IMG/VR virus record: IMGVR_UViG_3300044712_000810
Span: 62,001 to 126,000 of that record
Direction: 5' to 3' (one strand)
DNA: 64,000 nucleotides
A program made the translations under genes and the position numbers. Shown one piece after another: positions 21,531-31,387 of the stretch (positions are counted from its first letter, which is position 1; every line of letters begins with the position of its first letter). The notes under the pieces are model-generated. The model saw only the letters and a list, made by a program, of their open reading frames with translations. It was not told where the DNA came from and searched no databases.

Positions 21531-21995
21531 ATGGCCAAGAACGAAAACAAGAACGTTGAAGGACAGGAAAATCCCACCAACGCCCAGAAAATGGGCGCAA
21601 TGGTCGGAAGCTTCTGGACCAAGGTCAAGTCGTTCGACTACAAGAACATGTCGAACTACCAGTTCATGTGCGTCGGATTCCTCATCGGAATCTTGATGGT
21701 CGGCGGTCTGTTGACCTACAAGGTCTACACCGATCCCGAAAACTTCAGGCAGGACGCCGTAAAGGCGGCCAAGACCGGAACTGTGGAAATCACGGTATCT
21801 GGCAAGTCTCTGGACGTGGTCTACACCACTTCCAAGACGACTGAAAGCTGGAACAATCTGTCGACCGAACAGGCCGTAAAGGTCATTCGTGGCCTCAATC
21901 CGGCCAACGTGAAGATCAACGCCAAGGAATGGCCGTTGATCGGAACCACGGATTCGACAAAGCTGACGATCCAACAGATTCGCCAGCAACTGTAA
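21531..21995 (+). CDS. Single-pass membrane protein, counter-oriented, GC-richer codons
   Basis: AGGAGG RBS, TM helix FMCVGFLIGILMVGGLLTY, own upstream motif and terminator. Confidence 0.75.
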   Translation: MAKNENKNVEGQENPTNAQKMGAMVGSFWTKVKSFDYKNMSNYQFMCVGFLIGILMVGGLLTYKVYTDPENFRQDAVKAAKTGTVEITVSGKSLDVVYTTSKTTESWNNLSTEQAVKVIRGLNPANVKINAKEWPLIGTTDSTKLTIQQIRQQL

Positions 21996-21997
21996 CA

Positions 21998-22047
21998 GCG
22001 CCTGCGCAACCCAAGAAGGGGTGCGCAAGCGCCCTTTCTTTTTTTAT
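21998..22047 (+). terminator. Rho-independent terminator
   Basis: GCGC..TGCGCA.CCC-AAGAA-GGG.TGCGCA.GCGC followed by a T-rich tract. Confidence 0.7.
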
Positions 22048-23925
22048 TTATCCACCAAAGAAAGGCATAAATGGTAAAACATCTGGATCATTACCATAAT
22101 TATTTTCACCAATATCATACATATCACGTTCGCCAGTTGTTATAAATAGATCTGGATTAAGCGATGCATTGCGAGGATTATATGTTCCTTTCTTAGGATC
22201 TGAAAGACCTATAAGCTCACGCATATTGGTTGAAAAGTTATTTGTAATTTCCCTATTTGATAAATTAAGCATTGGCATAATTTCCAAAGCTTTTCTTTTT
22301 CTTGTATATGCACAGAAACAGGCAGCCATAAATAAGTCACTAAAACTATTTGATCTGATTGTTCCTGCAGATGAACGTTCAATTGATGACATTTGGTTTA
22401 TTAATTCTTGCGATTTAATACACTTTGGATTTCCATCAATCGCTTCTTTTAAACAACCAATCATCATATCTTTTGAAATACCAGTAGTCATAATACCTGG
22501 TTCTTTATCATTATCTGAATACATAAATGGAGAATAATCAAATTCTCTAACATGATATAATAAGTGTTCAATTGGTGCAAGACCAATAGTGTTCTTTTCA
22601 ATTGCTAATATAATTCTTGGACCGACTTGACGATATAACCATTGAAATACTTCATGGATAATATCACCATATTTAGCAAAACTTCCAAGGCGAACTCCGA
22701 TTTCAGCAATCTGATTAAAGTCTTTAAAGCTAAATATTTGAATAGCGTTAAATGCACCTTTAATCGATCTAGCTGTATCTACACCAATTAAATAATAATC
22801 TAATGGATCAATATATTCAGAAAATACTTTCATTGTTGATCCATATTTAAATGGAACATTCTGAACTGAATTAACAGCTTCAAGTTTTGATAATTGATCG
22901 TCGTCGAAAATACAGTTAGATGTACCAACGAATATTAAGTCAAGTTCTTGGTTAATCTTACGTTGGTCTGAAAGTTCCTGACATTGTTCTTTATACCATT
23001 TTTCAGTTTTACGAGGATCTTCACTCCAATGATATTGAACTTTAATAAAACTGTTCTTACTTTCATCATGTGCAATTTCATCAATATCAACATCGGATCT
23101 CCAATCTTCATGTAAAGGATCATCTGGATCAGCAATAAACATATCTTCGGAATCTACAGCTTTTGACCAACGATCATAAAACCATTCACCGTTACCCGCG
23201 ATACCGTTTGGAGTACTTGTAACAAATTGAAAATATGGATAATTGTTTGATATTGCTTGGTCTTTAGCAGTTGCTAATGTTTGTTGTGCAGAACCGAAAA
23301 TTTCTCTCATGTGAGGTATGAATGCTGCTTCGTCGATATATAAACATGAACTTGTAAGTGAACGAGCAATAGTTGATGGGTGTGCGGTTGATGAAGGATA
23401 GAAAGAGTCAAGACGTGAACCATTACGAAGTTCAAGATATGTTAATCTTTCACTCTTTGTATTTTGTACACAAGTCCATCTTAACCAATCTGGCAAATTA
23501 TTAATAACAAACTTAACCATTGCTAAGTTTTTAATGGCAGGACCTTTTCTAAAGTTAAGAATAAGAGGTTTATTATATGGAAAGAAAATAGTGGACCATG
23601 CAAGAATACACGCAGCAATAGTGGACTTACCTAACTGACGTGAAGCCATGAATACACATTTATGATATCTATTTAATACGCGCACTACGCGTCTTAATTT
23701 CGGTCTTAACATTTCTTCTGAATATTGACGCATACCACCAGTTTCTTCTATATATACATAGTTTTGAATAAAATAAAGTGGATTACGTCTGCATTGAAGC
23801 CACTCAAGGGCATAATGATCATTAATTTTTATATTAGTATCTTTTGATAACATATCCAAACATTTTAAATCTGTTGTTGATAAATCATCATCTTCAATAC
23901 TTAAATCTATACTTTCACGAAGCAT
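22048..23925 (-). CDS. Terminase large subunit (T4 gp17-like)
   Basis: ASRQLGKST, LYIDEAAF, TSTPNG, nuclease IGVDTA and DLFMA motifs. Confidence 0.92.
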   Translation of the reverse strand: MLRESIDLSIEDDDLSTTDLKCLDMLSKDTNIKINDHYALEWLQCRRNPLYFIQNYVYIEETGGMRQYSEEMLRPKLRRVVRVLNRYHKCVFMASRQLGKSTIAACILAWSTIFFPYNKPLILNFRKGPAIKNLAMVKFVINNLPDWLRWTCVQNTKSERLTYLELRNGSRLDSFYPSSTAHPSTIARSLTSSCLYIDEAAFIPHMREIFGSAQQTLATAKDQAISNNYPYFQFVTSTPNGIAGNGEWFYDRWSKAVDSEDMFIADPDDPLHEDWRSDVDIDEIAHDESKNSFIKVQYHWSEDPRKTEKWYKEQCQELSDQRKINQELDLIFVGTSNCIFDDDQLSKLEAVNSVQNVPFKYGSTMKVFSEYIDPLDYYLIGVDTARSIKGAFNAIQIFSFKDFNQIAEIGVRLGSFAKYGDIIHEVFQWLYRQVGPRIILAIEKNTIGLAPIEHLLYHVREFDYSPFMYSDNDKEPGIMTTGISKDMMIGCLKEAIDGNPKCIKSQELINQMSSIERSSAGTIRSNSFSDLFMAACFCAYTRKRKALEIMPMLNLSNREITNNFSTNMRELIGLSDPKKGTYNPRNASLNPDLFITTGERDMYDIGENNYGNDPDVLPFMPFFGG

Positions 23926-23951
23926 TCAAAAAACTCCTTAATAAAAATTAT

Positions 23952-23969
23952 AGGGGCCTTTCGGCCCCT
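23952..23969 (-). terminator. Terminator hairpin
   Basis: AGGGGCC-GAAA-GGCCCCT. Confidence 0.7.
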
Positions 23970-23980
23970 TTGTAGATAAT

Positions 23981-24481
23981 TTATGGAGTGCCTTTTCCTT
24001 TACCTTTACCCTTTCCACCACCTTTCTTTCCACCAGGTGGTGGAGGCGTTGGAGCAGGACGTTGTGGCTTTGGCGATGCTAATGGACCCATAACTCTTGA
24101 TGCGTCACTAATTGTTGCTCTTTTTGTTTTTAAATTATGACGCATTGCATGTACTAAACCAACTCGTTTTTCACGAGCATCAGTATAATCAGCGCGAGCT
24201 TTTAATTTATCAGATTCAGATGCAGTTGGACTATTAATTGTATCTTGATGTTGTTTCATTGCATCTTTTAAACTCTTATGTTGTTGTTTCATTGCTGTAT
24301 GTTTTTCTTCCGCACTTCTTGCACCGCTTAAAACAAATTTACCAACTGCGCGTCTTGCTGTTGGAACTTTACTTTTAAGATGTGAAATACCCATAGCAGC
24401 ACCAACACCAGCAGCAAGTTTTGTATATGGACTTAAACTATCTTCATCTGTTTCATTTAAAATTAAATCTATAATTCCCAT
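23981..24481 (-). CDS. Basic hypothetical protein with Pro/Gly/Lys tail
   Basis: ILNE near N-terminus, AAGVGAAMG helix, C-terminal PAPTPPPPGGKKGGGKGKGKG. Confidence 0.7.
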   Translation of the reverse strand: MGIIDLILNETDEDSLSPYTKLAAGVGAAMGISHLKSKVPTARRAVGKFVLSGARSAEEKHTAMKQQHKSLKDAMKQHQDTINSPTASESDKLKARADYTDAREKRVGLVHAMRHNLKTKRATISDASRVMGPLASPKPQRPAPTPPPPGGKKGGGKGKGKGKGTP

Positions 24482-24489
24482 ATATACTC

Positions 24490-24975
24490 CTACATGTGGA
24501 ATACTGGAAGTGATTTAGAATTTGTTAAATTCTCTTCTGCTGTCCATTTATTTAATATCTCATTGACTTTACTAAATAAATAACCAATGGATACACCACC
24601 AAGTGCTGCACCTAAAAGTGCCAATGCAGCAACTAGAATACCTCCACCAGTAAGAGTTCCAACTGCCATACCAGCACCGGCACCAACAACCATGCCTGTT
24701 GGGACTCCATGAAGCCAACCATTTCTACGACCAACAGCTTTTGCTGCTTCTAAGTATGCTTTTACTTTTGGATCTTCAAATAAACTATTAAACGCTTTAT
24801 CTTCTTCTTTTGATAAATCACTAGTTAATTTCTTTTTACTCAAATCAATAAAACGTTGAACAGCAGAATCCTTAATCATATCCTTTAAACCTGAATCGAT
24901 TTCTTTTGGATGTGATGTTTCATGTAATGAATAAATCAATCCAGATTGTATAGCTTTATATAATTGTTCCATCAC
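24490..24975 (-). CDS. Glycine-zipper membrane protein
   Basis: GMVVGAGAGMAVGTLTGGGILVAALALLGAALGG. Confidence 0.7.
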   Translation of the reverse strand: MMEQLYKAIQSGLIYSLHETSHPKEIDSGLKDMIKDSAVQRFIDLSKKKLTSDLSKEEDKAFNSLFEDPKVKAYLEAAKAVGRRNGWLHGVPTGMVVGAGAGMAVGTLTGGGILVAALALLGAALGGVSIGYLFSKVNEILNKWTAEENLTNSKSLPVFHM

Positions 24976-24983
24976 AACTCCCT

Positions 24984-27965
24984 TTAAAATTCGATACGAA
25001 GATCAATATTATCCACATCCCAATTAAAGAAATGTGGTGTATACTTAACAAGACGCAATTTATATGGACGTAACGATTCCATTAAATCAATTTCTTCTAA
25101 TAATTCAATTCCGGAAGTTATAACATTCTGATGAATAGAACTATCACGAACTGTTACTTTAACAGAAAGTATATAAGAACCAATACTATGAATAATATCT
25201 TCAATCTGCGAATTGTAATATTTAAGATTATATCCAGTTGAAGTAAATTGTAAGTAAGACGATACATCAGTTAGTATTTGTTCTCTAACATCACTAAGAT
25301 TAATATTATTCTTAGTAACATATGTTTGATCTGCCAACACTTCGATTTGCATCTTAAGTGGGAAAATCATATTATATGTATTATATTTTTGTCTAGTAAC
25401 AAGTTCAAGATATTCAGTATCAACAGCATGTGTATTCATAAATCTGAATTGAACGTTATCAGTTTGCATACGATTTTCTCTAAATGAAAATCCTACAACA
25501 AAGTCATATAGTTTTTGTAAATAATATTGCTGTTCATAATCAAATGTTGCAGATTCGATGGATGGAATGGTAAGAATCCATTTACCATCCGCTTGAACAA
25601 ATGACAATAAACGAAGTTGATCTGATATAGATTTCACTTGTAAAATCTTATCAGTAAGGACTTCAAACTTATCTTTATTATCTTTTGTTGCTTTGATTCT
25701 TGCCTGTATTGGAATTTCAAAACGTCCAGTATCTAATGTATATTCATATTTGAATGTATTATCATCAACTGGAGTCATAACAATATCATAAAGACTAAGA
25801 TCTTCAATTGTTATCGTAAATGTCAAATCACTAATAAGTTGATATGATTTTAAATAAATTGTAGTTTTTTTATTTTCAAAATCGTAATCAAGATTTAGAT
25901 ATAATGATGGTGGAGTATAATATTGTTCTTTAAGAGTAAACGTATTAAAGTTTACCAACATGAACTTAAATACAACATATGCATCATACCATGTCATAAG
26001 ATCATTATATTTATATAAGAATGGACTAATAAATTCTTTTGAATTGATTAAATTAACTTTAAGATAATTTTCATCATAAACACTTGGTGCTAAATCTGCA
26101 AGTGTTCTAACATATAAAGTATTATATCCAATATTATCATTATCGCCATATGCCCATTGACTTTGTTGTAAAGAACCAATGTCACCTTCAAATATTTCAA
26201 GTCCCGCTTCTAAAACGTGTGACGGTTTAATCAATTGTGGATTACCACCTTGATTTAATTGTAAATAGAATTCACCTGTTCCATTAGCAGATGGCATCCA
26301 ACGATAATCGGATGTTACTAAACTAAATACATTATCCAAGTCATATCTAAATCTTGGCCACCAAATTTCATTGTTAACAACACCAGTTCCGGGAATACCA
26401 GTCTTTGCATTAGTATCAGAACCATTATCAGTGAAGAAAGTATCGTATGTTTCCCAGTATAATGTTTGTGAATTTTGTGTTCGGCCGAAGATCTTATAAC
26501 ATTCAGCGCCAGTATGTTTTGGCCATGATAATTTAATGACACTATTAGGATCAGTAACAGTTACAGCAACTTCTGATGATGAAGTTGTTGTGGAAAAACG
26601 ATTACATGCTACGATCTTATAATAATAAGTTCCAGGCGCTAATGTTGAAGTACCAGTTTTAATCGTTGCAACTGGAGCGACTGGAGGAATATTAACGTCT
26701 ATAACTTTTACTGACTTGTTAATACTTGGAATGACTTGTTGATATCTATTTCTAAAAGTTCTACATAAATGAAACGTATTGTCCATTACATGTGATTTCT
26801 TAAATAAAAATTTAAAGTCATTTAAGTATTGTTCAGTAATATTATAAAAATCACGTTGATTAATCATATTATCACGAGTTTGAATAAACTTAACAATTTC
26901 TTGTCTAAGATTTTCTCCCTCGTTTGGAATTGTTCCATTTTCACTATATTGAAAGTCTACCAATACATACTTTGGATCAAAATATGTTTCAGTAGATGCT
27001 GTTAAATTACCATTAATATATGAGTAATTAACAGAATATACATGACTCATCATTGTTGATTGATATGACAATGTATTAGAATCACGTGTAACAGTCTTTG
27101 TATTCTTATTAAGATTTCCTTTTTCGCCATATGTGTATTTAGCATTTATTTTAACTGTGGCATTAGTTACCCATTCACCACGAACACCAGAACCAAATTC
27201 TAATTCAAATTTAGTATCTGATATTTTTCTAAAAAATACAACCTTTGAAAATGGTTGTTCAAAATACTTAACACGACGAAGTGCATACTGTTGAAAATCA
27301 GTATCCGTTGGTTTCTTAATAAAAACTTCAAGATCTGTAATATATGGTTGTTTAATTTCGAATTGAGTAGTTGTAAATGATCCAAATGGATATGAATCCA
27401 ACTCAGGTATTGTAACTTCCTCAATTGAATATTGATAAACACCATACATAGGAACAACAATTCTAGATGATGATGATGGAACGTCAATAATCTTTCCATC
27501 ATTTGTAAAAACAATACATTTAAATTGATTATTTTCTTCAATGAATTTATATCTAGCAGTTGATGTGAATGTATAACCATCAACATCAAACTGAACTAAA
27601 CTAGTGTCAGTTCCGAAATATACTTCACGCTTAACAACATTATCAGGTTTCTTTGGTAAATCGGCAAAGTCAAAAATAAAGTTACCAACAGCAATTGATG
27701 GTGTACAAAATCCAGGAATATATCCATATGTTCCAGCATGTACAAATAAGTTTTTATCTTCTTGTGCTGTTGCTACAAAAGACTCTTTAAACAAAGAATC
27801 ATAATATTGTTTTGTATCAAAATTTGTATGACCAAGAATATTTAAAAAATATCCAAGAAAACCAAATTTGTTTGCTTGGATATCATAAACATTAAGATCT
27901 TGTTGAAGTTGATTGAAATAATATGAAATATATTCGTCTGGCGTAGTTAATTTGAGATCTGCCAT
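24984..27965 (-). CDS. Baseplate wedge protein (T4 gp6-like) with inserted FN3-like domain
   Basis: N-terminal FLGYFLNILG..ESFVATAQ..GYIP; FELEFGSGVRG; GTYYYKIVACN..IKLSW..CYKIFGR FN3-like block. Confidence 0.75.
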   Translation of the reverse strand: MADLKLTTPDEYISYYFNQLQQDLNVYDIQANKFGFLGYFLNILGHTNFDTKQYYDSLFKESFVATAQEDKNLFVHAGTYGYIPGFCTPSIAVGNFIFDFADLPKKPDNVVKREVYFGTDTSLVQFDVDGYTFTSTARYKFIEENNQFKCIVFTNDGKIIDVPSSSSRIVVPMYGVYQYSIEEVTIPELDSYPFGSFTTTQFEIKQPYITDLEVFIKKPTDTDFQQYALRRVKYFEQPFSKVVFFRKISDTKFELEFGSGVRGEWVTNATVKINAKYTYGEKGNLNKNTKTVTRDSNTLSYQSTMMSHVYSVNYSYINGNLTASTETYFDPKYVLVDFQYSENGTIPNEGENLRQEIVKFIQTRDNMINQRDFYNITEQYLNDFKFLFKKSHVMDNTFHLCRTFRNRYQQVIPSINKSVKVIDVNIPPVAPVATIKTGTSTLAPGTYYYKIVACNRFSTTTSSSEVAVTVTDPNSVIKLSWPKHTGAECYKIFGRTQNSQTLYWETYDTFFTDNGSDTNAKTGIPGTGVVNNEIWWPRFRYDLDNVFSLVTSDYRWMPSANGTGEFYLQLNQGGNPQLIKPSHVLEAGLEIFEGDIGSLQQSQWAYGDNDNIGYNTLYVRTLADLAPSVYDENYLKVNLINSKEFISPFLYKYNDLMTWYDAYVVFKFMLVNFNTFTLKEQYYTPPSLYLNLDYDFENKKTTIYLKSYQLISDLTFTITIEDLSLYDIVMTPVDDNTFKYEYTLDTGRFEIPIQARIKATKDNKDKFEVLTDKILQVKSISDQLRLLSFVQADGKWILTIPSIESATFDYEQQYYLQKLYDFVVGFSFRENRMQTDNVQFRFMNTHAVDTEYLELVTRQKYNTYNMIFPLKMQIEVLADQTYVTKNNINLSDVREQILTDVSSYLQFTSTGYNLKYYNSQIEDIIHSIGSYILSVKVTVRDSSIHQNVITSGIELLEEIDLMESLRPYKLRLVKYTPHFFNWDVDNIDLRIEF

Positions 27966-27995
27966 ATTTTATCACCTTTAAAACACGTTCCTATT

Positions 27996-29249
27996 TTAAG
28001 CATAGTTATCAGAAACTCTTTCAGAACCAGCCAACTGTGTTGATTTATTCGGGTCTTTCCATGTACTTGTTGCATATGGTTTTTGTTGTGCGTCTGAAAT
28101 TCCTTGTGTCAATTCGATACTACTTCTAGTATCACCAAATGCAGAAAGAACATTAGTAAGTTCTTCAAATATCCACATATTTCTACCAGTTTTAATAGTA
28201 GCTTCTCTAAATCCAGCACATGAATATGTAATAGGTAAAGTTGTAATCTCACTTTGTCCTCTGGTTCCAATTAACTCTTTCGATGGCATAGTAGTTGGAA
28301 ATATACCAATACATTTACATGCATAAGTAATTTTACTTTGATTCGGTAAATACTTAACTATATATGCAGCACCCATATAATCAAACATCATTGATTGTTC
28401 ATACTGTGTTTGTTGTAAATCCATATACTCCGAAGACGGCTTAACATAACCATCTAATACATCACGCATATATTCAGTCCAAATCAAATGATAAGTATAA
28501 ACATCAAGATTATAATTATCAATACATGTCAATGATAAACTATCAGAATGGTTAACTTCCGTTGGATATGGTGAATTCGCAACACGGTTAGCATGGTTTG
28601 CTGTATTAACTGTACTGGCCGGAGGTGTAAAATCTATAGCTGAAAATGTTAAAAATCGTGAGATGTCGGCCAAGTTATTAGATTGTCCAGAACCGATAGC
28701 AAAATTATATGAGTCGGCTCTTAAATTAACAGAATTTCTTCCACGTCTTCCATCAATACTATCTTTTAATGTTGACGAATCAACATTTCGATATCCACTT
28801 AAATCTGGCGGAACAAGAAAAACAAAAGTAAATCCGTTTATATCCGGATCATATACACGAAACATTTGGTTCATAAAATACTTTAAGACAGGATTATCTT
28901 GAAGATATTCTTCAACCATTTCCGAATATGAAAAACGAAAATTACCATCTTTTCCACTAGAAGCTACAGTTGGTGTAGGTCTACCTGGTGTAAATGTACC
29001 TAAACCACCACGATTTACTCCAAAAATACTCTGGACTTGATTGTAACCTCCAAGTCCAGAGTATCCACCAGAACCAAAAGAAGGTCCTGGATTTAGAATT
29101 CCACCAGTGGCTTTATTTATAGCGGATGCACCGATATTTAAACCGGTATTTACTGCGGTATTGATAGCAACGTTTCCAATTGTAGATAATAGATCTTTGA
29201 TAATTGCAGAAGATGATCTAGGAGAACCACTAATATATTCGTCGGCCAT
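27996..29249 (-). CDS. Tail tube-like protein (gp19/gp54 fold)
   Basis: DFTPPAST..LSLTCIDNYNLDVY..W..; CIGIFPTTMP..ITTLPITYS. Confidence 0.5.
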   Translation of the reverse strand: MADEYISGSPRSSSAIIKDLLSTIGNVAINTAVNTGLNIGASAINKATGGILNPGPSFGSGGYSGLGGYNQVQSIFGVNRGGLGTFTPGRPTPTVASSGKDGNFRFSYSEMVEEYLQDNPVLKYFMNQMFRVYDPDINGFTFVFLVPPDLSGYRNVDSSTLKDSIDGRRGRNSVNLRADSYNFAIGSGQSNNLADISRFLTFSAIDFTPPASTVNTANHANRVANSPYPTEVNHSDSLSLTCIDNYNLDVYTYHLIWTEYMRDVLDGYVKPSSEYMDLQQTQYEQSMMFDYMGAAYIVKYLPNQSKITYACKCIGIFPTTMPSKELIGTRGQSEITTLPITYSCAGFREATIKTGRNMWIFEELTNVLSAFGDTRSSIELTQGISDAQQKPYATSTWKDPNKSTQLAGSERVSDNYA

Positions 29250-29264
29250 ATTAAAACTCCGCTA

Positions 29265-30551
29265 TTAAAATGATTGACCTTTGCAAATATTCTTTCTAAG
29301 GTTATGATGTAAACCATAAATAATTACGTTACGAATTTGTATTTTATTTACATTACTATAATTATTAAAATTTACTCCAATTTTTGATTGGAATATATCT
29401 TCAAGTAATGAATTTAACAATGATTGAATTTTATTAGTTTCTTCATTATTTTTACTACTAATTACATTTTTCTTAAGATTTAAGAAATAATCTGATTTAC
29501 AAATGTCAGTTTTATCATTAACGTTTGTTCTGGATAAAACTAATGTTAAAAGGTCATGAACAGTATCATAATATTTATGACTATGCATAGATATTAAAAT
29601 CTTTTCAATTACTTTCATCGACACTTTAGTTGTTGAGTTGATTGTAGAGATTAATGCCGGTGGATATTGTGGGTTACTATTCATTGTAATATAGTCTGTA
29701 ACTGTAGTCGCAATTTCATCACGATTACTAATTGTACTATATTCTTCAAATCCAGCTTCATTATCCTCATCACCTTTAACAATTTGAGTTGACATTTGCA
29801 TACCTTGTTCTCTTGCTTTCATGTACATTGGAAGCAAGCCACCAAGCGCTTCACTTTTACCAGTCTCAACATTTGTTCTCATATTGAAAACGAATATTTG
29901 ACGGATACGTGAGTGTGCTTGTTCGAATAAACGTTTCATCATTCGTGGACTTTTAAGAATTTCTGGAGCATATTTTTCTAAAATAGATGGAGCAAAATAA
30001 TCTTTAAGTAATGTTACCGGTGTTTCAAACTTACTAACTTTATGTTTATTGTTTGTCATATGCGTAACAACATATTTCATAACACGCTTATCACAGAATT
30101 TTAAATAACGATGTTTACGTCCATTCCAAAGCTTCATCATCATTAACATGAACGCATTTTTTGTAAAGTTATCTTTCTTATTTACTAAACCCCAGTAAAT
30201 AAGTATTGATAACATTTGATAATATGGATCACTAAACATTTTAGCATTCGATGGATGACCCCATTCTTCAGTAAATGCTTGTGATGATACTTTTTGGTCT
30301 AAATTTAATCTTGTATAAAATTTTAAAACGACCGTTTCGGGAACTGTGAATTTAAAGCAGAAACCTTCATCACTAGACATCATTTGAGTATATGCTTGCG
30401 CAATAACTTTTGACATCTCTGAATAGATTTCAGCTTCTGCTCCTTTCTTCATTTCCCCATCGATCATATGATATAATCCAACGACACCAGACGGCTTTGT
30501 TTCCTGACTTTCTTTTTCTGTCAAATATATTTGTTTTAGTAAAGTAGACAC
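29265..30551 (-). CDS. Hypothetical protein
   Basis: 428-aa ORF (GTG start, GGAG RBS). Confidence 0.7.
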   Translation of the reverse strand: MSTLLKQIYLTEKESQETKPSGVVGLYHMIDGEMKKGAEAEIYSEMSKVIAQAYTQMMSSDEGFCFKFTVPETVVLKFYTRLNLDQKVSSQAFTEEWGHPSNAKMFSDPYYQMLSILIYWGLVNKKDNFTKNAFMLMMMKLWNGRKHRYLKFCDKRVMKYVVTHMTNNKHKVSKFETPVTLLKDYFAPSILEKYAPEILKSPRMMKRLFEQAHSRIRQIFVFNMRTNVETGKSEALGGLLPMYMKAREQGMQMSTQIVKGDEDNEAGFEEYSTISNRDEIATTVTDYITMNSNPQYPPALISTINSTTKVSMKVIEKILISMHSHKYYDTVHDLLTLVLSRTNVNDKTDICKSDYFLNLKKNVISSKNNEETNKIQSLLNSLLEDIFQSKIGVNFNNYSNVNKIQIRNVIIYGLHHNLRKNICKGQSF

Positions 30552-30578
30552 GTGAACCCTCCGAAGTTTATATTATGA

Positions 30579-31376
30579 TTAAACTATAGAGGCGACAATC
30601 TTACTGAGGTTGTGAATTTTTGTTTCAAATGACTCAATGAGATTAAGAAGTTCGCCTTGATCAAATACTAGACCGTAATCATCACTTTCACTAAGATGCT
30701 TTACTCTTGTCCATGTAGTAAATGGAAATGCTATTTTTGTAAGAAGCGTTTCAATAACTACACATTTAACTGCGGACTCAATTGCTTTTTCTGGCTGTAC
30801 ACCTTCTTGAATCAGTTGTTTTGTTAACGATCTAGATTCTTCTAAATACTTTGATTGTCTTTTTTCTGGCGAAAGATTATAAAAGTTCTTATCAATATGT
30901 TCAAATATTTTCTTAGATAATTTTTCATTTGCATCTTTAATTGATTCTTCTAAAATGTCAGATGTAATTCCTGATCCATAAATCTCAGGACGAACATTAA
31001 CAAACTCATAGATTTGTCTGACAGTTCTGAACATATCTACTAACAATGCTTGTGTACCTTCAATATGAATATCGTCAAGTTTTCTTAACATGTTTTGATA
31101 ATACATCATATCGACTCGCGCTTTACTTTCATAAGCAAGTTGATCATATTCTTCATATAATTCTTTACCCATGTCTGCGCGCTTCAAACCTTCATACAAC
31201 ATGTTTGTTGTGGGCTGTTTTGTTTCTTTTTGTTCTGTAATTGTTTTAAGAGCCTCTTTGGAAGCTTTCATAAACTCAAGTGCACTACTATCAAGAATAC
31301 TGCCTTCATTAAGATTGGTGGCTATATTATTCTTATCGAATAATGCAAATCCTTGTGGTTTTGTATGAAAAAACAT
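30579..31376 (-). CDS. Hypothetical protein
   Basis: 265-aa helical ORF with GAGG/GGAG RBS. Confidence 0.7.
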   Translation of the reverse strand: MFFHTKPQGFALFDKNNIATNLNEGSILDSSALEFMKASKEALKTITEQKETKQPTTNMLYEGLKRADMGKELYEEYDQLAYESKARVDMMYYQNMLRKLDDIHIEGTQALLVDMFRTVRQIYEFVNVRPEIYGSGITSDILEESIKDANEKLSKKIFEHIDKNFYNLSPEKRQSKYLEESRSLTKQLIQEGVQPEKAIESAVKCVVIETLLTKIAFPFTTWTRVKHLSESDDYGLVFDQGELLNLIESFETKIHNLSKIVASIV

Positions 31377-31387
31377 ATCTTATCTCC

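Noticed and set aside
21513-22028. 171-aa minus-strand ORF antisense to the 21531 gene
   Set aside because: Shadow ORF caused by biased codons; the plus-strand gene has the RBS, upstream motif and terminator.
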